Below, piece by piece: positions 22,426 through 34,800 of a stretch of DNA of 64,000 bases. The notes beneath the pieces are model-generated. The model was not told the DNA's origin. It saw only the letters and a program-made list of their open reading frames with translations, and searched no databases. The first letter of the stretch is position 1; each line of letters opens with the position of its first letter. The stretch spans positions 558,001-622,000 of the forward strand of contig OZ037837.1 in the NCBI GenBank assembly GCA_964035575.1, written 5' to 3'. Position numbers and translations under genes: made by a program. Source of the stretch: Rhynchopus sp. YZ270_cl-10 (taxonomy: Eukaryota).

Positions 22426-25264
22426 TCAGAGCAAAGTAATCCCCAGGTCGAGGGAGCCGCTGACGGGGTCTTTCGCCTTGATGGGCTTGACTGTGTGGCT
22501 TGCTTTGTATTCTACGCCTTTCTTGAGCTTTGGCATGAGGGATACAAAGTTCAGATCAACCCGCCCCATGTTGTCCTTCCCGACAATGTCCTTATCGAAA
22601 ATGCTGACGCGGAGCACATCGGAGGTCGGTACCAGGAATGCGAACTGCTCCTCCCAGACCGGGTCGAGGGTTTCGGGAATGACTTTGGTGACTTTCTTTT
22701 GTGGGTTTGGGTGGCTTGCTTGGACTTTTCCTGCCTTGACTTCGCGGAGCTTGATCTCACAGAATGGATCGGAGAGACCGTTGCTGTCCATCGACACGAG
22801 ACCTTTCCCGCGGATGACACGCAGGTTTATTTTCACTGAATCTGCCTGCGTCGGTGCCGGGGAAGATCCACTGATTTTGACGGCCTTGCCCTCCTTCCGG
22901 GTTGCATTCTGCTTTACTCTGACAGCAGCCTCGGTGAGGGTCTTTTCGTTGATCTCCTTCTTCGCACCCTTGAAGGTTGCATGAGTCCCAACCTTCTCCA
23001 TAACAGAGCCGTTGGTAGTGAACTGCCCCTTAATCTGATACTTCGCCTTCGTGACCGAATATTTAGTCGGAAAGAACTGCTTCGATGGGTCATCCATCCA
23101 CAGCTTCTCCCCAGCGGTCGGAGTATGGAAAGTGATTTCAAAGCTGTGACAGTCCTCAACAAGCATTGTGTAGACCACGCTCTTGTCAAGCCCCTTTTCC
23201 TTCGCCTGGCTGACGAAGTAGTACGATTTGTCCGGAACCAGTTTCATTTCCTTGTAAATGTCGCGGCTGTTGAGGGAGCGCTGTGCTGCAGGCTTCAACG
23301 GTGTGCTGCCTGCAGCGACCGGGCCTTCGTAGACAAACATATTAAGGTGGTCCAACTTCGCGTCTTTGTGACCAGGCTCCACCCCGCGAGGGTCCTTCTG
23401 GTGGACAGCGAACCAACAGCGGAGAGGTTTCTTGACCTGGACCTTGAGCATAATATCGGAGACTGATTGGTTGTAGTTTCCTGCAACGTGGATTTGGTCC
23501 CAGGTACCGTGGGTGTAGCACATATAGACGTTGTTGAACCACTGCTGCACGTCAGACCACTCCATCCAGAAGGAGCCGTCCGAGACGTCGTTCACGTAGC
23601 CGCACTCCTTCTTGAGCTCGGAGGTCCACGACTTTGCGTCCGTGTCGGACCACTTGCCGTTCCACTCCTTCTCGTTACCCCAGGGGTTGCGGATGAGGCA
23701 GAGCTTGTGTTTGTTCTTCTTCGTCTCGATGACAGTGATCAGAGAGTAGCAATGCTCGCAGATGAGTCCCACCTTGCCGTATTTGTCCCACAGAGCCCTG
23801 AGTGGAAAAGAAAGTGTGTGTTTTGTTAAAAAGGTTAGATTCATAAAAGGTGAATTTGGGGTGTTTGATAGGGGTTTGTCTATTGTTGGAATAAAAAATG
23901 TTGGTTGGTGTGGCCGACGGCCCCAAAATGGCAGAAAATAGCACAAAATAGCACCCCTTCAGCCACAGGGGGGTCGGGCTAATATTGGTAGAACGTTTGC
24001 TGGAGGAGTGGGAGGAGGAGGAGGAGGAGGGGTGGTGGGGGACGCCATACTTCTCTGACGCACTGACCTGGTCTTCTGGGATGCCCATCAGGTTCTTCCC
24101 CGGTGTTCCGAGTACTTGAAGGAAGTCCTGTGGTGAGTGGTGATATGGTCGCAGTCCTCGGTCATGCATGCAACGACCAAAACAATAGGTTATAAGAACC
24201 TAAGCTCTCCTTGGTCATAGAAGCTAACCTCAAGCAAAGAGTTAACAGCGGAAATTTTTTGGAAAAAAAAAAAAGAAAAGTTGCTACAAAATACACACCC
24301 TCTTGTCGTTGTCGAGGAGCTGTTCCCACATATCAGATTTGAGTTCCTTCATCTCCGCAGGGCATCCTGTCAGGTCTGCCAGGGCACGGTGACAGGCACC
24401 GGTTTGGATGGCCCCGTACGAGCCGTGCAGCTTTGCGTAGGCCTTCTCCACAAGCGACACCCAGAGCTCGTTGGGCTCCTCGCGGTTGCGTGAGTATGCG
24501 GGCTTCGACCCTGAGCAGGGGAAGAAGTCGTCCACGATCACCGTCTGCCACCACCCATTCTTGCACAACGTGATCTTATAGCACCCCAGGTCCACATCCT
24601 GGCCCTCGTCAAACAGCGATCTGACGAGCCATTCAAACTCCGCAACAGAGGCTAAGGCGCCCATCAGATAGCAGTCTGCCAGTGCACCTTGGTCAATGTC
24701 ACCGGGTTCAATCTTATCAACGAAGAGGGTGGGCACGTGGCCGCTTCCCTTCAGATAGACGGAGGGGCGCTTCCAAGGGAAGAGGGTAAGGTTCCGTTTC
24801 ATCCAGGAGGGTTTGGTGCTGCTGTCGCGCGGCGGGAAGGTCAGGTCCACGAACATCACCCCAGCCTCGGCGCAGGCATCGGCCACGGCGGCAGCGGTGA
24901 CCTTCTCAAGCCCCTTTTTCTGGAGCAGTTCCTTCACAAATTTGAGGTCCTTCTCGGATTCGCCCTTAGCGTCGGAAGACTGCTTCTCCTTCCAGGCTTT
25001 ATCAGGTTCACCACAGCCGTGGCTTTTAGACATCCCGGTCCACGTCCCCTTCACGAATTTCGCAGACTCTCCAGGGTAAACATTGACAGAGTATTTCCCA
25101 TCCTTTTCGATAGTCGTGCCAAGCTTTGTGACAGCTCCGCCCTTAAACCCGTATGTGCATTTGTACATCTTGTCGCGAAGTGCATTGTGGAAGGTGATCT
25201 CTTTGGCCCCGCTGCTTTCGCGTTCTTCGAGCGTCAGACCGGGTTTGACTTCGGTTTTACCCAT
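22426..25264 (-). CDS. Calpain-family cysteine peptidase: DUF1935-like N-domain, CysPc, domain III-like region, C-terminal C2; exons 25264-24299, 24127-24051, 23797-22426
   Basis: QGALADCYL (Cys), EHCYSL (His), RNPWG (Asn); VYPGESAKFVKG; C2 motifs DSNGLSDPFC, TLDPVWEEQF, DKDIVGKDNMG; two GT-AG introns join the frames (DKR|DFLQVLGTPGKN...SEK|ALWDKY). Confidence 0.92.
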
Positions 25265-25907
25265 TTTATTTTTTGCTTTTCTCCTGAAAGAATTAAAGTG
25301 AGTTGATTCTTTTAAAGTGGCGAGAAGAAAAGATGTCCTTTTTTTTTTTTTGAAAACTTTTTTTTTTTGAAAATCTAGAAAAAACGAGGGGGTCAAATAA
25401 TACAAAATTGGGTTGAGTTATAGACAGGAATATATCTTGTCACTGCTTTTTTGAAGGGGGGATCGAAAGATCGTTTGTATGTTGAAAAATTGGCTGGTTC
25501 TCTCTGTATTGATTTGGCTTTTGTTTTTTTTGTCGAAAAAAGCATTTTAGTTAGTGAAGGGGGGGGACGTGACGAGGCTGTTGTATGCAGTATTCGCCGC
25601 CAGCTCCGCTAGCGAAACCGGCTGCGGCACAGCGTACTTATCTATGGTGAGGATGGTACACGATAGGGCGTACTTCCCACTCGGGCATCACAAAGACCTG
25701 CACCGCACGCAACCCAAGCCCTTCCCTAGCACTATGCTTGTACACCAAGACATGAGTTTTTCCCCCAGAATACAAAAGAACACAGACGAAAAAGATGGGT
25801 TGTGAGGGGGGTGGTGGGCAAGAAGGTTGGGTATGGAGAGGGGGAAGGGGGAATCTACTTTCAATCCTTTAATACTGAAGATCATCAACAGGATGAAGAG
25901 TGCAGTC

Positions 25908-25984
25908 GATGATTGCAATTATTCTTCCTTGAAATGAGGAATGCCTAGTAGGCGCAAGTCATCAGCTTGCACTGATTACGTCCC
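25908..25984 (+). pseudogene. 18S rRNA fragment (3' region)
   Basis: gattgcaattatt...gaggaatgcctagtaggcgcaagtcatcagcttgcactgattacgtccc matches a conserved SSU rRNA segment; flanks are not rRNA. Confidence 0.85.
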
Positions 25985-26486
25985 GCAGTCAAGAGGGATT
26001 TGCTCTTCTGCACGACAGTGAAGCAAATGAATTGACTTTGTGGTTCCACCGTTGTATGCCCAATGAAGCCACAAGCAAAACCACAAGTCAAGTCATTTAG
26101 TATAATTTTACTTCACCGTCGTGTGTATATCACAATCGTCACGCCTGAAAATGAATTCTCTTTTATATTTTTTTTTCGCTTTTTTTAAAAAATTTCCGCT
26201 GAAACACGATAACAACGCGGGATTTTCTCCGCCTCAAAAAAAAAAAGAAAAAATAACACTTGCCAGGTGAATTTTCCTGCACAGTGTACTACACATCTAA
26301 AAAATATACCAATAATAATATATGACTCTATACATTTAACACATTCCACACAACACTACAGAACTTATGGGGAGTTCCGTTGACTCATTTTTTTTGTTTT
26401 TTCCCTTTTCAAAAAAAAGATGCTTTTTTGAAACCTTGGTTGTATTAGTGTAGCCACCCTAGAGTGTGCTCCACTACACCTTTTTT

Positions 26487-26660
26487 TGTTTGGAAAGCGT
26501 TGCCCCTCACCTACATTATTTTTTTGTTTCTCACCTCCGCTCCTTTGCCGATGTATATGCACCCTTACCACCCCCAACTCCATTTGAACACATTGAGTGG
26601 TGTTACCCTGACACCCTTCTGCTACTCTACGCGAGACCCGCATGGTGACCTAGGAGATGG
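26487..26660 (-). pseudogene. Diverged duplicate of the 3' end of the 26745..27728 gene
   Basis: GKGAYTSAKERR* versus GKGAFTSAMERR*, plus homologous 3' UTR; internal stop and indels. Confidence 0.75.
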
Positions 26661-26744
26661 ATGCGATCAACAAACAACAAATAAAAGGGGTATTTCATTT
26701 TTTTTTTTGGCGTTGCCCCCTCTCACCCACATTTTTTTTTTCTC

Positions 26745-27728
26745 TCACCTCCGCTCCATTGCTGAGGTAAATGCACCCTTCCCACCCCCATTCCGTTTGA
26801 ACACATTGATAGTGGTGGTTCCTGACGGCCTTCCCGTTGGAGATGCAAGACGCGCATGGTGACCAAGAGGAGATCCTACGTTTACACCATTGTGCACACG
26901 CTGGCCGTACTTTGCCCCACCCCCATGAGGAGGAGTTGCGGATGGACTGACAGGAACCCATGCCTGCTGGTGCTCCCCTTCTCTTTCATCATAGCGGTTT
27001 ACGTCTTCCTGCAATCTGCGTCCTGTTGCAAGAACGTTCGGAGGGGATGCGTGGTTTCCCCCTTGCTTCGCGGCTTTGAGCAGGTATTCGCTCTGGTCTA
27101 AGGCATGCTTGAGCTCTTCAACACGGTTCTGCAGATCGACCATTTCTATGACGTAAGAATCTTTCTGTTTGTTGAGCGCAGAACGCAGTTCGGTGACTTC
27201 TTTGTCCTTATCGTCAAGCATCCTCCGGGTAACCTCCTCGACGCGAGCGGAGGTTGTGTTGTACTCTAAGGCTCCGTTGTCTTCGAAGTATAAAGTGGTT
27301 TCGCGGACAAAGACGTTTTCTTGAATTGGCTGCTTTTCTTCGAGCTCGTAGGTGGGGATGGAGTTGTAGGGGTCGTTGGGGCGGAAGACGGCGGGGATGA
27401 CGCGCGCGAAGTCGACCGGGAGAAGCATTTCGAGGAGGATGTCGTACTGTGTGGTGTTGCTGCGGGTGAGCTCGCCCATCTCGCTGTCGAAGATGTTGAA
27501 CGATGTGACCCTGCTGATGGCTACGCAGCGGTTCACGGCGTTATCCATCTCCGCCAAATAGGTTGCTCTATCCGCAAGAACTATGAGACGCTTCCGTCTT
27601 GCCGTTTGAGGGGACGCCTGCAGCTCACGCTCCTGCGCCTGAAAAAAGTGCAGGCAATGCTGATTGCACACACCCGAAGTAAGATAGTCAACCTGCACAC
27701 TGTTTCTCTGCCCTTGAACGAACGCCAT
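26745..27728 (-). CDS. Hypothetical protein (globular, possibly PH-like N-domain; coiled coil; low-complexity tail), 327 aa
   Basis: Long ATG-initiated ORF after an A-rich leader; heptads KEVTELRSALNKQKD..LQNRVEELKHALD. Confidence 0.8.
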   Translation of the reverse strand: MAFVQGQRNSVQVDYLTSGVCNQHCLHFFQAQERELQASPQTARRKRLIVLADRATYLAEMDNAVNRCVAISRVTSFNIFDSEMGELTRSNTTQYDILLEMLLPVDFARVIPAVFRPNDPYNSIPTYELEEKQPIQENVFVRETTLYFEDNGALEYNTTSARVEEVTRRMLDDKDKEVTELRSALNKQKDSYVIEMVDLQNRVEELKHALDQSEYLLKAAKQGGNHASPPNVLATGRRLQEDVNRYDEREGEHQQAWVPVSPSATPPHGGGAKYGQRVHNGVNVGSPLGHHARLASPTGRPSGTTTINVFKRNGGGKGAFTSAMERR

Positions 27729-27937
27729 TTTTTAAAAGAGAGTAAAATATCTGCAAAATGAGTGTTGTGTAGAGTTCATGGAGTGCACAAAGGGGTGTGG
27801 GATACAATTGAGGAAATAAATGTGAGGTACCTACCTACCCCCGTGTATATGTCCGGACCCATTTTGATGTGTATCTGTCCGGCACTTTTCTGAAAAATTT
27901 CCGGACATATACAACAAACAACGAATACATAAATTTA

Positions 27938-30900
27938 GGCTAGTTGACGTCACGGACATTCGGGTATGGGAGGATTTGGGAGGGTATGGGACAGTATGGG
28001 ACTGCATGGGACAGTGTGGGAGGGTATGGGACAGTGTGGGAGGGTTTGGGAGGGTATGGGACAGTATGGGACGGTATGGGAGTGGTATGCAGGCTTCGCG
28101 CTAACTTTTGGAAAAAAATCTGAAAAATCGTCTTTCGGGACCAAAAAAACGCACCTCAAATAGTTGTGCGTCAGGGGGTGAAAAAACAGTGTTTTGTGGC
28201 ATTTCCGAGCCAATCCCGCGTTGTGGTGGGGCATATTCGGGAAAATGGACAAAATTTTAGTGACTTAAATTTTCACAAAATGTGAACCCATACTCTTAAA
28301 CAAGGGGCATTTTCAGGTCTGAAAACCCAAATTCAGATGGAATTGTGGTGTTTTGACTGGGAACAGGTACCCAACTTTTGTCTTTTTATTTTTCCCTTTT
28401 TTCTGCTTTCTTTTGATTGCACGAGCCGATTGCTCTCCACGGTGGGGTCACATGTGTGCGCAAAAACACTCTAAAGTACTCTGAACGATGAGATTCCTCT
28501 GGTTTTAGTAAGGAAACCCCTGTTTGCAAAAAGTGCGTAAATTTCCTGTGGCTTTCTCCCGCCAAGAGGTCGTTTTGTTGCATTTCCGAACCAATCCCGG
28601 ATTGTGGTGGGGGATGTACGGAAAAATGGACAAAAATGCAGCGACTTAAAATTTGACAAAACATGAGCCCATACTCGTAAACAAGGGTTATTTTCAGGTC
28701 TGAAAACCCAACGTACTGAAGAAGCTATCGGTAACGTAGTGATGGCGGTGGGGTTTCAGTGACCACAGAGAAGAGTGAGAAAACCCAGGACGGTTATGGC
28801 CTCGGAGGGGGTGTGCCCCATGGCGTCCTAATCAATCTTTATCCGTGAGGGAGGGGGGATCATCCTCAGGGGGGATGTGGAGTCGTACTCAAAATAAAAT
28901 GAACTGTACATAAGTACATCGTGTTTAAACATAAAGGAGGGTAGGAACAGGTAGGTATATTGGGTCGCTTTTTTAACCCCCCCCCTCAAAAGTTCCACGG
29001 CCATTTTTTCGGGTTCTACACCATTTGAGCCCCGACAGGTGCCCATAACCCCCCTGGAATCGGTTTTGAGCGACTTTTGGCGGTGTTCTGAGGCAAAATA
29101 ACACTTTTTTTGCTATTTTCAGGCTATTTTTGGCCATTTTCAGGCTATTTTGGCCTATATTCACTGTATGACCGGGTTTTCGGGTTTTATGAGGTTTGAG
29201 CACCAACAGGTGCCACGAAACACCCCAGTACCGGTTTTGTGGGCCTCCTGTGGGGTTTTGGGGGTGAAATATACCTTTTACTCTATGTTCTGGGCCATAT
29301 TGGGGTGTTTTTTGGCCATGTAGGCCTGGTATGTGCCCTACAGTGCATAAGCCAAATTTGGGTATTTTGAGGGGTAGAGGGTCACGGCGGTGCGTTCATG
29401 ACTCGGTGGCGGCGATGCTTATTGCTCGCTGTTCTGGCCCTATTTCCCCAATTTCACCCCTTCCCGACCCTTTTCTGATGAAGATCTTTGGCGTGCTCGG
29501 TCCTGTCGCAAATGTTCTTTGTGAACGTTCTTCATAAAATAGGGGAGTGTCAGGGGGGTCAAAATAGCTATTTTTGACCAAAAAAAACACCTATAAACAC
29601 CAAGAAACGTGTCAAATATGCCCGAAACAGGTCGGAATCGGTTCACAGCCCATTTTTGGGGTATATTTGGGTCAAAGGAGGCCTCCTGGCGTCAAAAAAA
29701 GCGTGATTTTTTGGTCAAAAATAGCTATTTTGACCCCCCTGACACTCCCCTATTTTATGAAGAACGTTCACAAAGAACATTTGCGACAGGACCGAGCACG
29801 CCAAAGATCTTCATCAGAAAAGGGTCGGGAAGGGGTGAAATTGGGGAAATAGGGCCAGAACAGCGAGCAATAAGCATCGCCGCCACCGAGTCATGAACGC
29901 ACCGCCGTGACCCTCTACCCCTCAAAATACCCAAATTTGGCTTATGCACTGTAGGGCACATACCAGGCCTACATGGCCAAAAAACACCCCAATATGGCCC
30001 AGAACATAGAGTAAAAGGTATATTTCACCCCCAAAACCCCACAGGAGGCCCACAAAACCGGTACTGGGGTGTTTCGTGGCACCTGTTGGTGCTCAAACCT
30101 CATAAAACCCGAAAACCCGGTCATACAGTGAATATAGGCCAAAACAGGCCAAAATAGCCTGAAAATGGCCAAAAATAGCCTGAAAATAGCAAAAAAAGTG
30201 TTATTTTGCCTCAGAACACCGCCAAAAGTCGCTCAAAACCGATTCCAGGGGGGTTCTGGGCACCTGTCGGGGCTCAAATGGTGTAGAACCCGAAAAAATG
30301 GCCGTGGAACTTTTGAGGGGGGGGGTTAAAAAAGCGACCCAATATAAAATCGCCTCAGGGGCCCCAAAAACGGGTGACCCAAAACACAGTTTTTTGGCAT
30401 TTCCGGAATCCGTCCAGAAAGTGGTGGGGTCGATGTCGAAAATTGGACAATTTTTTGACCACTTAAATTTTTGAAAATATGAGACCAGTCACTAATAGCT
30501 GGGGCCCATTTTCGGCCAAAAAATGCTGCTGAAAAAAATTTTCAGGTGAAAATTTTTCAGCTCCAAAACACACCGCGATTGGCATTTCCGGAATCTGTCC
30601 GCGCTGTGGTGGGGTCAATTTGCCGTCGTCCAGCTGCAAATTCACAAATTATGGCCTTTCCGTATACCTCAAACCCAGACCGGCCCGGTTTGCAGTTCTC
30701 GTGTACAATTCGCACGCAAAAGAGAGCAACTCCCACACCGATTAGGGGGACGGTACGGGACGGTATGGGACGGTATGGGACAGTGTGGGAGGGTATGGGA
30801 GTGGTATGGGAGGTACGGGAAGGTATGGGAGGGTATGAGACGGTATGGGGGGATTTGGGAGCGTTCGAGGGCGGTACGGGATGGTACGGAACAGGATTTC

Positions 30901-30939
30901 CCAGAAAATTCCTAAACCGACCCGTGGCGTCAACTAGCC
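27938..30939. mobile_element. TIR element (18 bp TIRs, TA flanks) with an internal 10 bp minisatellite, split by nested insertions
   Basis: ta|ggctagttgacgtcacgg ... ccgtggcgtcaactagcc|ta; (gggacggtat)-type arrays at 27963-28088 and 30745-30890 in the same orientation. Confidence 0.75.
28962..30340. mobile_element. Foldback element 2: ~625 bp near-perfect inverted arms, ~120 bp spacer
   Basis: gggtcgcttttttaacccc ... ggggttaaaaaagcgaccc; mirrored ORFs 29331..29537(+) and 29755..29961(-) are identical; the only arm differences seen are one substitution and a ~10 bp indel. Confidence 0.92.
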
Positions 30940-31878
30940 TAAATAAAGAAGGGAAGTATTTCATTTCTTTTTTTGACATTTTTTTGAAAATACGAGCGAA
31001 TATAAAAAAAAATAAACACACCCCTGCTCTTTCCATAGTTGGTCCTGCCGACTGGCAGGTTCCGAGCTCCTATGGCATGGAAGCAGGAGGGGGGCCGGCG
31101 GGGGAGGGGTTCCGCTTAGCCCCACAGCCTGAGCACAGTGAGTGCACAAATATCAGAAAACGCGTAAGGTGCTGAGAACAGGGCATCGAATCACTGCCAC
31201 ATGTATATTATTACATGACACTGTGTGACATTATTTCATTGTATTATCATGTTTCAATAATACAAACCCCGTTGTCAGTGTTCTTTCCTCAAAAACTCTC
31301 TTCACCAAAAAAAAAAAGGTGTCGGTTCTGTGGTATCACTCACCCACACCGTTGCTTCTTCTTTCCCTGCGACTGCAGGAAAAGTTTGCGAACATCGCAA
31401 CCAGGTATGGGACTTTTAAAACAACAATATGGCAAATAACGCTACGTCAATAATCACACGAAATATACGGAACAAAAACCTCCTCACGAAGAGAGTGCTA
31501 ACACATGCACACGTAAGTGATGAAAAACAATATGCTTTACACACCTGAAGTATGCCACCACAGGTTGTGTCAGGATCGACCTGCCCACTACCAACGACCT
31601 AACCGTCGTACCTCGACGCACTACACCCCACTTAGACTTAAGGGGGGCTACACGGCTACACATCGGCGAGTGTCAAGCACGTAACCTACCTACTACCATA
31701 AGAGAAAAAAACCTCGCGTGGTCGAACCGACGTCGCACTCTACAACCGACGTGACCCAAGAGCATGTCGAATGCGCCTGCACACAGAAGGAAGTGGAAGG
31801 GGCGACTCAAGTGAAACCCTCGTATGTTCCACGGAGACGAGGAATAATTTCGTTTCCAGTGCACTGTGTTGTGTCCTT

Positions 31879-34800
31879 TCATTGGGCCACCGCCAAGCTC
31901 TCCACGACGTCAAGGGCAAAGGAGTATGAGAATGCCTCCTCCAGTTCCTGTCCTGCTGCCTCCTGCTCTGCGTGCTGGTGATGTGTGTGTGTCCTGGTCT
32001 TCCGAGTCCGTGCCAAGAAGATGATGCCTGCAACCACCACCGCACAACACCCAACAATAACCCAAACAAACACAGGCACACCGGAGCTCGACCCATCCTG
32101 AGGTACAGGTGAAGGTGCTGCAGACCCACCGTCCCACTGCAAGCTGCACGGCGCAGTGCAGGTTGCAACAACCGCACTCCCCTTCAGACAGGGCACCACA
32201 AGCACTATCGGCCCCTCGGCGTTGCTTGCCACATGTGCACTTAGGTCTGCACCCAGTGCTGTCACAGACCCCAACGTCGCCGTCACACTCACGTTCGCGT
32301 CAACGTCGCAGAGCAACGCGCCTGAGAAGTCTTTGCTCACAGAGCTGTACGACCCTTGCAGCGTCATGTTCGTCTGTGTCGCGTTCAGTGCCTTCGCCAC
32401 CGAGAGTGTGGGCGTCACCTTCGCACCCTGACCATCCTCAGGCACCAGCACCGAGTGTATGCTCATTGTGTGCTCGAGCTCCATCCGTCCTGTTCCCCCC
32501 GTCAGCGGGCTTGCACGAAAATACATGTTTTCTTCGTACACTGTGTTCAGTGTGCCCTCAAACGTCTCGTTTGGGCCAAGTGACAGTGGCACCCACCACA
32601 GCACAGCGTCCGTGTCGTGTGAGTGAAGCATCACCATGAACTCCGCTGTCTCCCCTGCACCGCGTGTCAGTGTAAAGCTCTGCAGGTACGCTGTGTGCGT
32701 CTGTGCAAGGTCCCCCTGGGAAAGCTTGAACAGTGACAGCAGGTCTAGCGTGATTGTGTTCTGCAGGCTGTGTGGCGGAGGGTGGGTTCGGAAGTTCATT
32801 TAAGTTTAGCTTTGTGTACTTTCAATGCAGAACAAACAAACATACCTATGCAGGTTGAAATCAAGCCTGCCCTGCACTACTGCAGAGAGGAAGACTGTCC
32901 CTGACAGCGGTGGTGCCGGGACAGGAGGCAACAGCGGTGCTACCGACACAACGCTGCTGGATGGTACCTGCGTCGGGTCCACCCATGAGAACACAGCGTC
33001 CAGACTGGAGGACACCCACAGGGCACTGCCACGCAGACAGCGCGTCGTGAAGACAGTCTCGTGGCCTGGGTGATCGAACACGAACGCCGTCATGTTAGAG
33101 GACAGCACGCGCAGCCACCCCGCAAAGGGGTGCACCGTGAAGGTGATCTCGCTCTCTGCCGCCCCGCAGTCCAGCATCATGGTGCTCTGTATATGGTAGT
33201 CGCTGCTCTTGCCGTTCATGGGCAGGCGTGGGAGGTCACCAAACGCATCTCTGTTCAGCTCCAACCGTGCAACGTCGGCCTCAGGCAAACCAGGCTCGGG
33301 TGTCAACCTTGTGTACAAGAGCATCTTCCCTTCGAAATCTGTTCCACTGCTGGCATCAGAGCTGAACATCACTGTGAACGCCCTCGCATTGACAACCTGG
33401 GTGGCGTGGGAGAAGATAGGGGACAATGTGGCAGTGTGGCCTGGTTCAAGACTGACCCACTCCTGCAGGACCTGCTCCAGGTTGCCCCCTGCCTCCTTCG
33501 CAACCACTGACACAGAAAAATACGCACGTTCACCACCATCATCAGCACGTGAGAGTGTGAGCGCGTGGAACGAAAACAACTGACCGGGTACTTCCTCCGC
33601 CAAGAAGCCTTGTTCCATGTCGAACAAGGACCTGCAAGAGTGGTGTGTGGTGTGTGTGTGTGTGTGGTGGGTGGGGAGCAATACATACCCTTCGGGATAA
33701 GCGACGCGGATGTTGCCTACGATGATTTGAGTCACTGCGACAGGAGGTGCCATAGTTGTCGGGGAAGGTGTTGGCGGCGCAGCTGTCGGCACTGCTGTTG
33801 GGACAGCCGTTGGTACGCGTGTTGATGGTGCAGAGGTTGCAGGTGATGGTGTCGGTGGAACTGCTGTTGGGACAGCCGTTGGTACGAGTGTTGGTGGTGC
33901 AGAGGTTGGAGGCGATGGTGTTGGTGGTACATCTGTCGTCGGAATGTTGGTCGCCGGTGCATCAGTCGGTGGAAGTGTTGGTGACGCTGTTGCGGGTGCA
34001 GGGGTGGAGAAGAGCTCAAAGACCTCCATGTAACCAAGGTTGCCTGCGTCGAAGTACGCACGCCAGCCGTAGCCGTAGCCTTGGCTTGCGAAGAGCTTCA
34101 TGGCGCCGGTCTGCAGCTGGTGGGCGAACACTACCTGGGGGTTGCGGAGGTCGCTCAGGTCCCAGCCGTACACTTTGTTGGTCATCATGGTGGTCGCATA
34201 TACCACCGTACCTAGGACGGTTATATCGTAGATACTTGCTCCTAACAGACGGTGCATGTACACCACGTCAACGCCATCCTCCCACGACGCGCCAGACCGG
34301 GCAAGCACGACCATATGATCCCACCAGGTTTTGACCACAGCGCCTGCAAGCCCATCACCGACCGCCTCCAGAGACACAAAACGGAGCCCCAGGAACTGCG
34401 AATGGATGAGCACCGGGTTCATGAAATCGGAGATGTTGTAAATCTCAAAGTCGATGCCACCGTATGACGTATAATACGAAATGAACATCACATCGCCGCT
34501 AATTGCGTGGACACTCGACGCCCCCGGCAGGGTGAGTAAGGTGGCATTCTCCCCGGTCGTAATATCGACCCACACCAGGATTCCAGGACCATCCGTTACG
34601 ACCCTCCTGTTGAACATCAGGTACATACCGTCCCCGTGCACGGAGGTAGCACGCTGAGGGTACCAGAGTGAGGCATTGAACGCCAGACGAAAATCTTCAG
34701 AGCACGACACCTCATCCAGCCCGCTGAATATCGAGTACTGCCCGCCACCAATGAACGCCAAAATCCGTGTACTATCGTAATAGAAAACGTTGCTGGGGGT

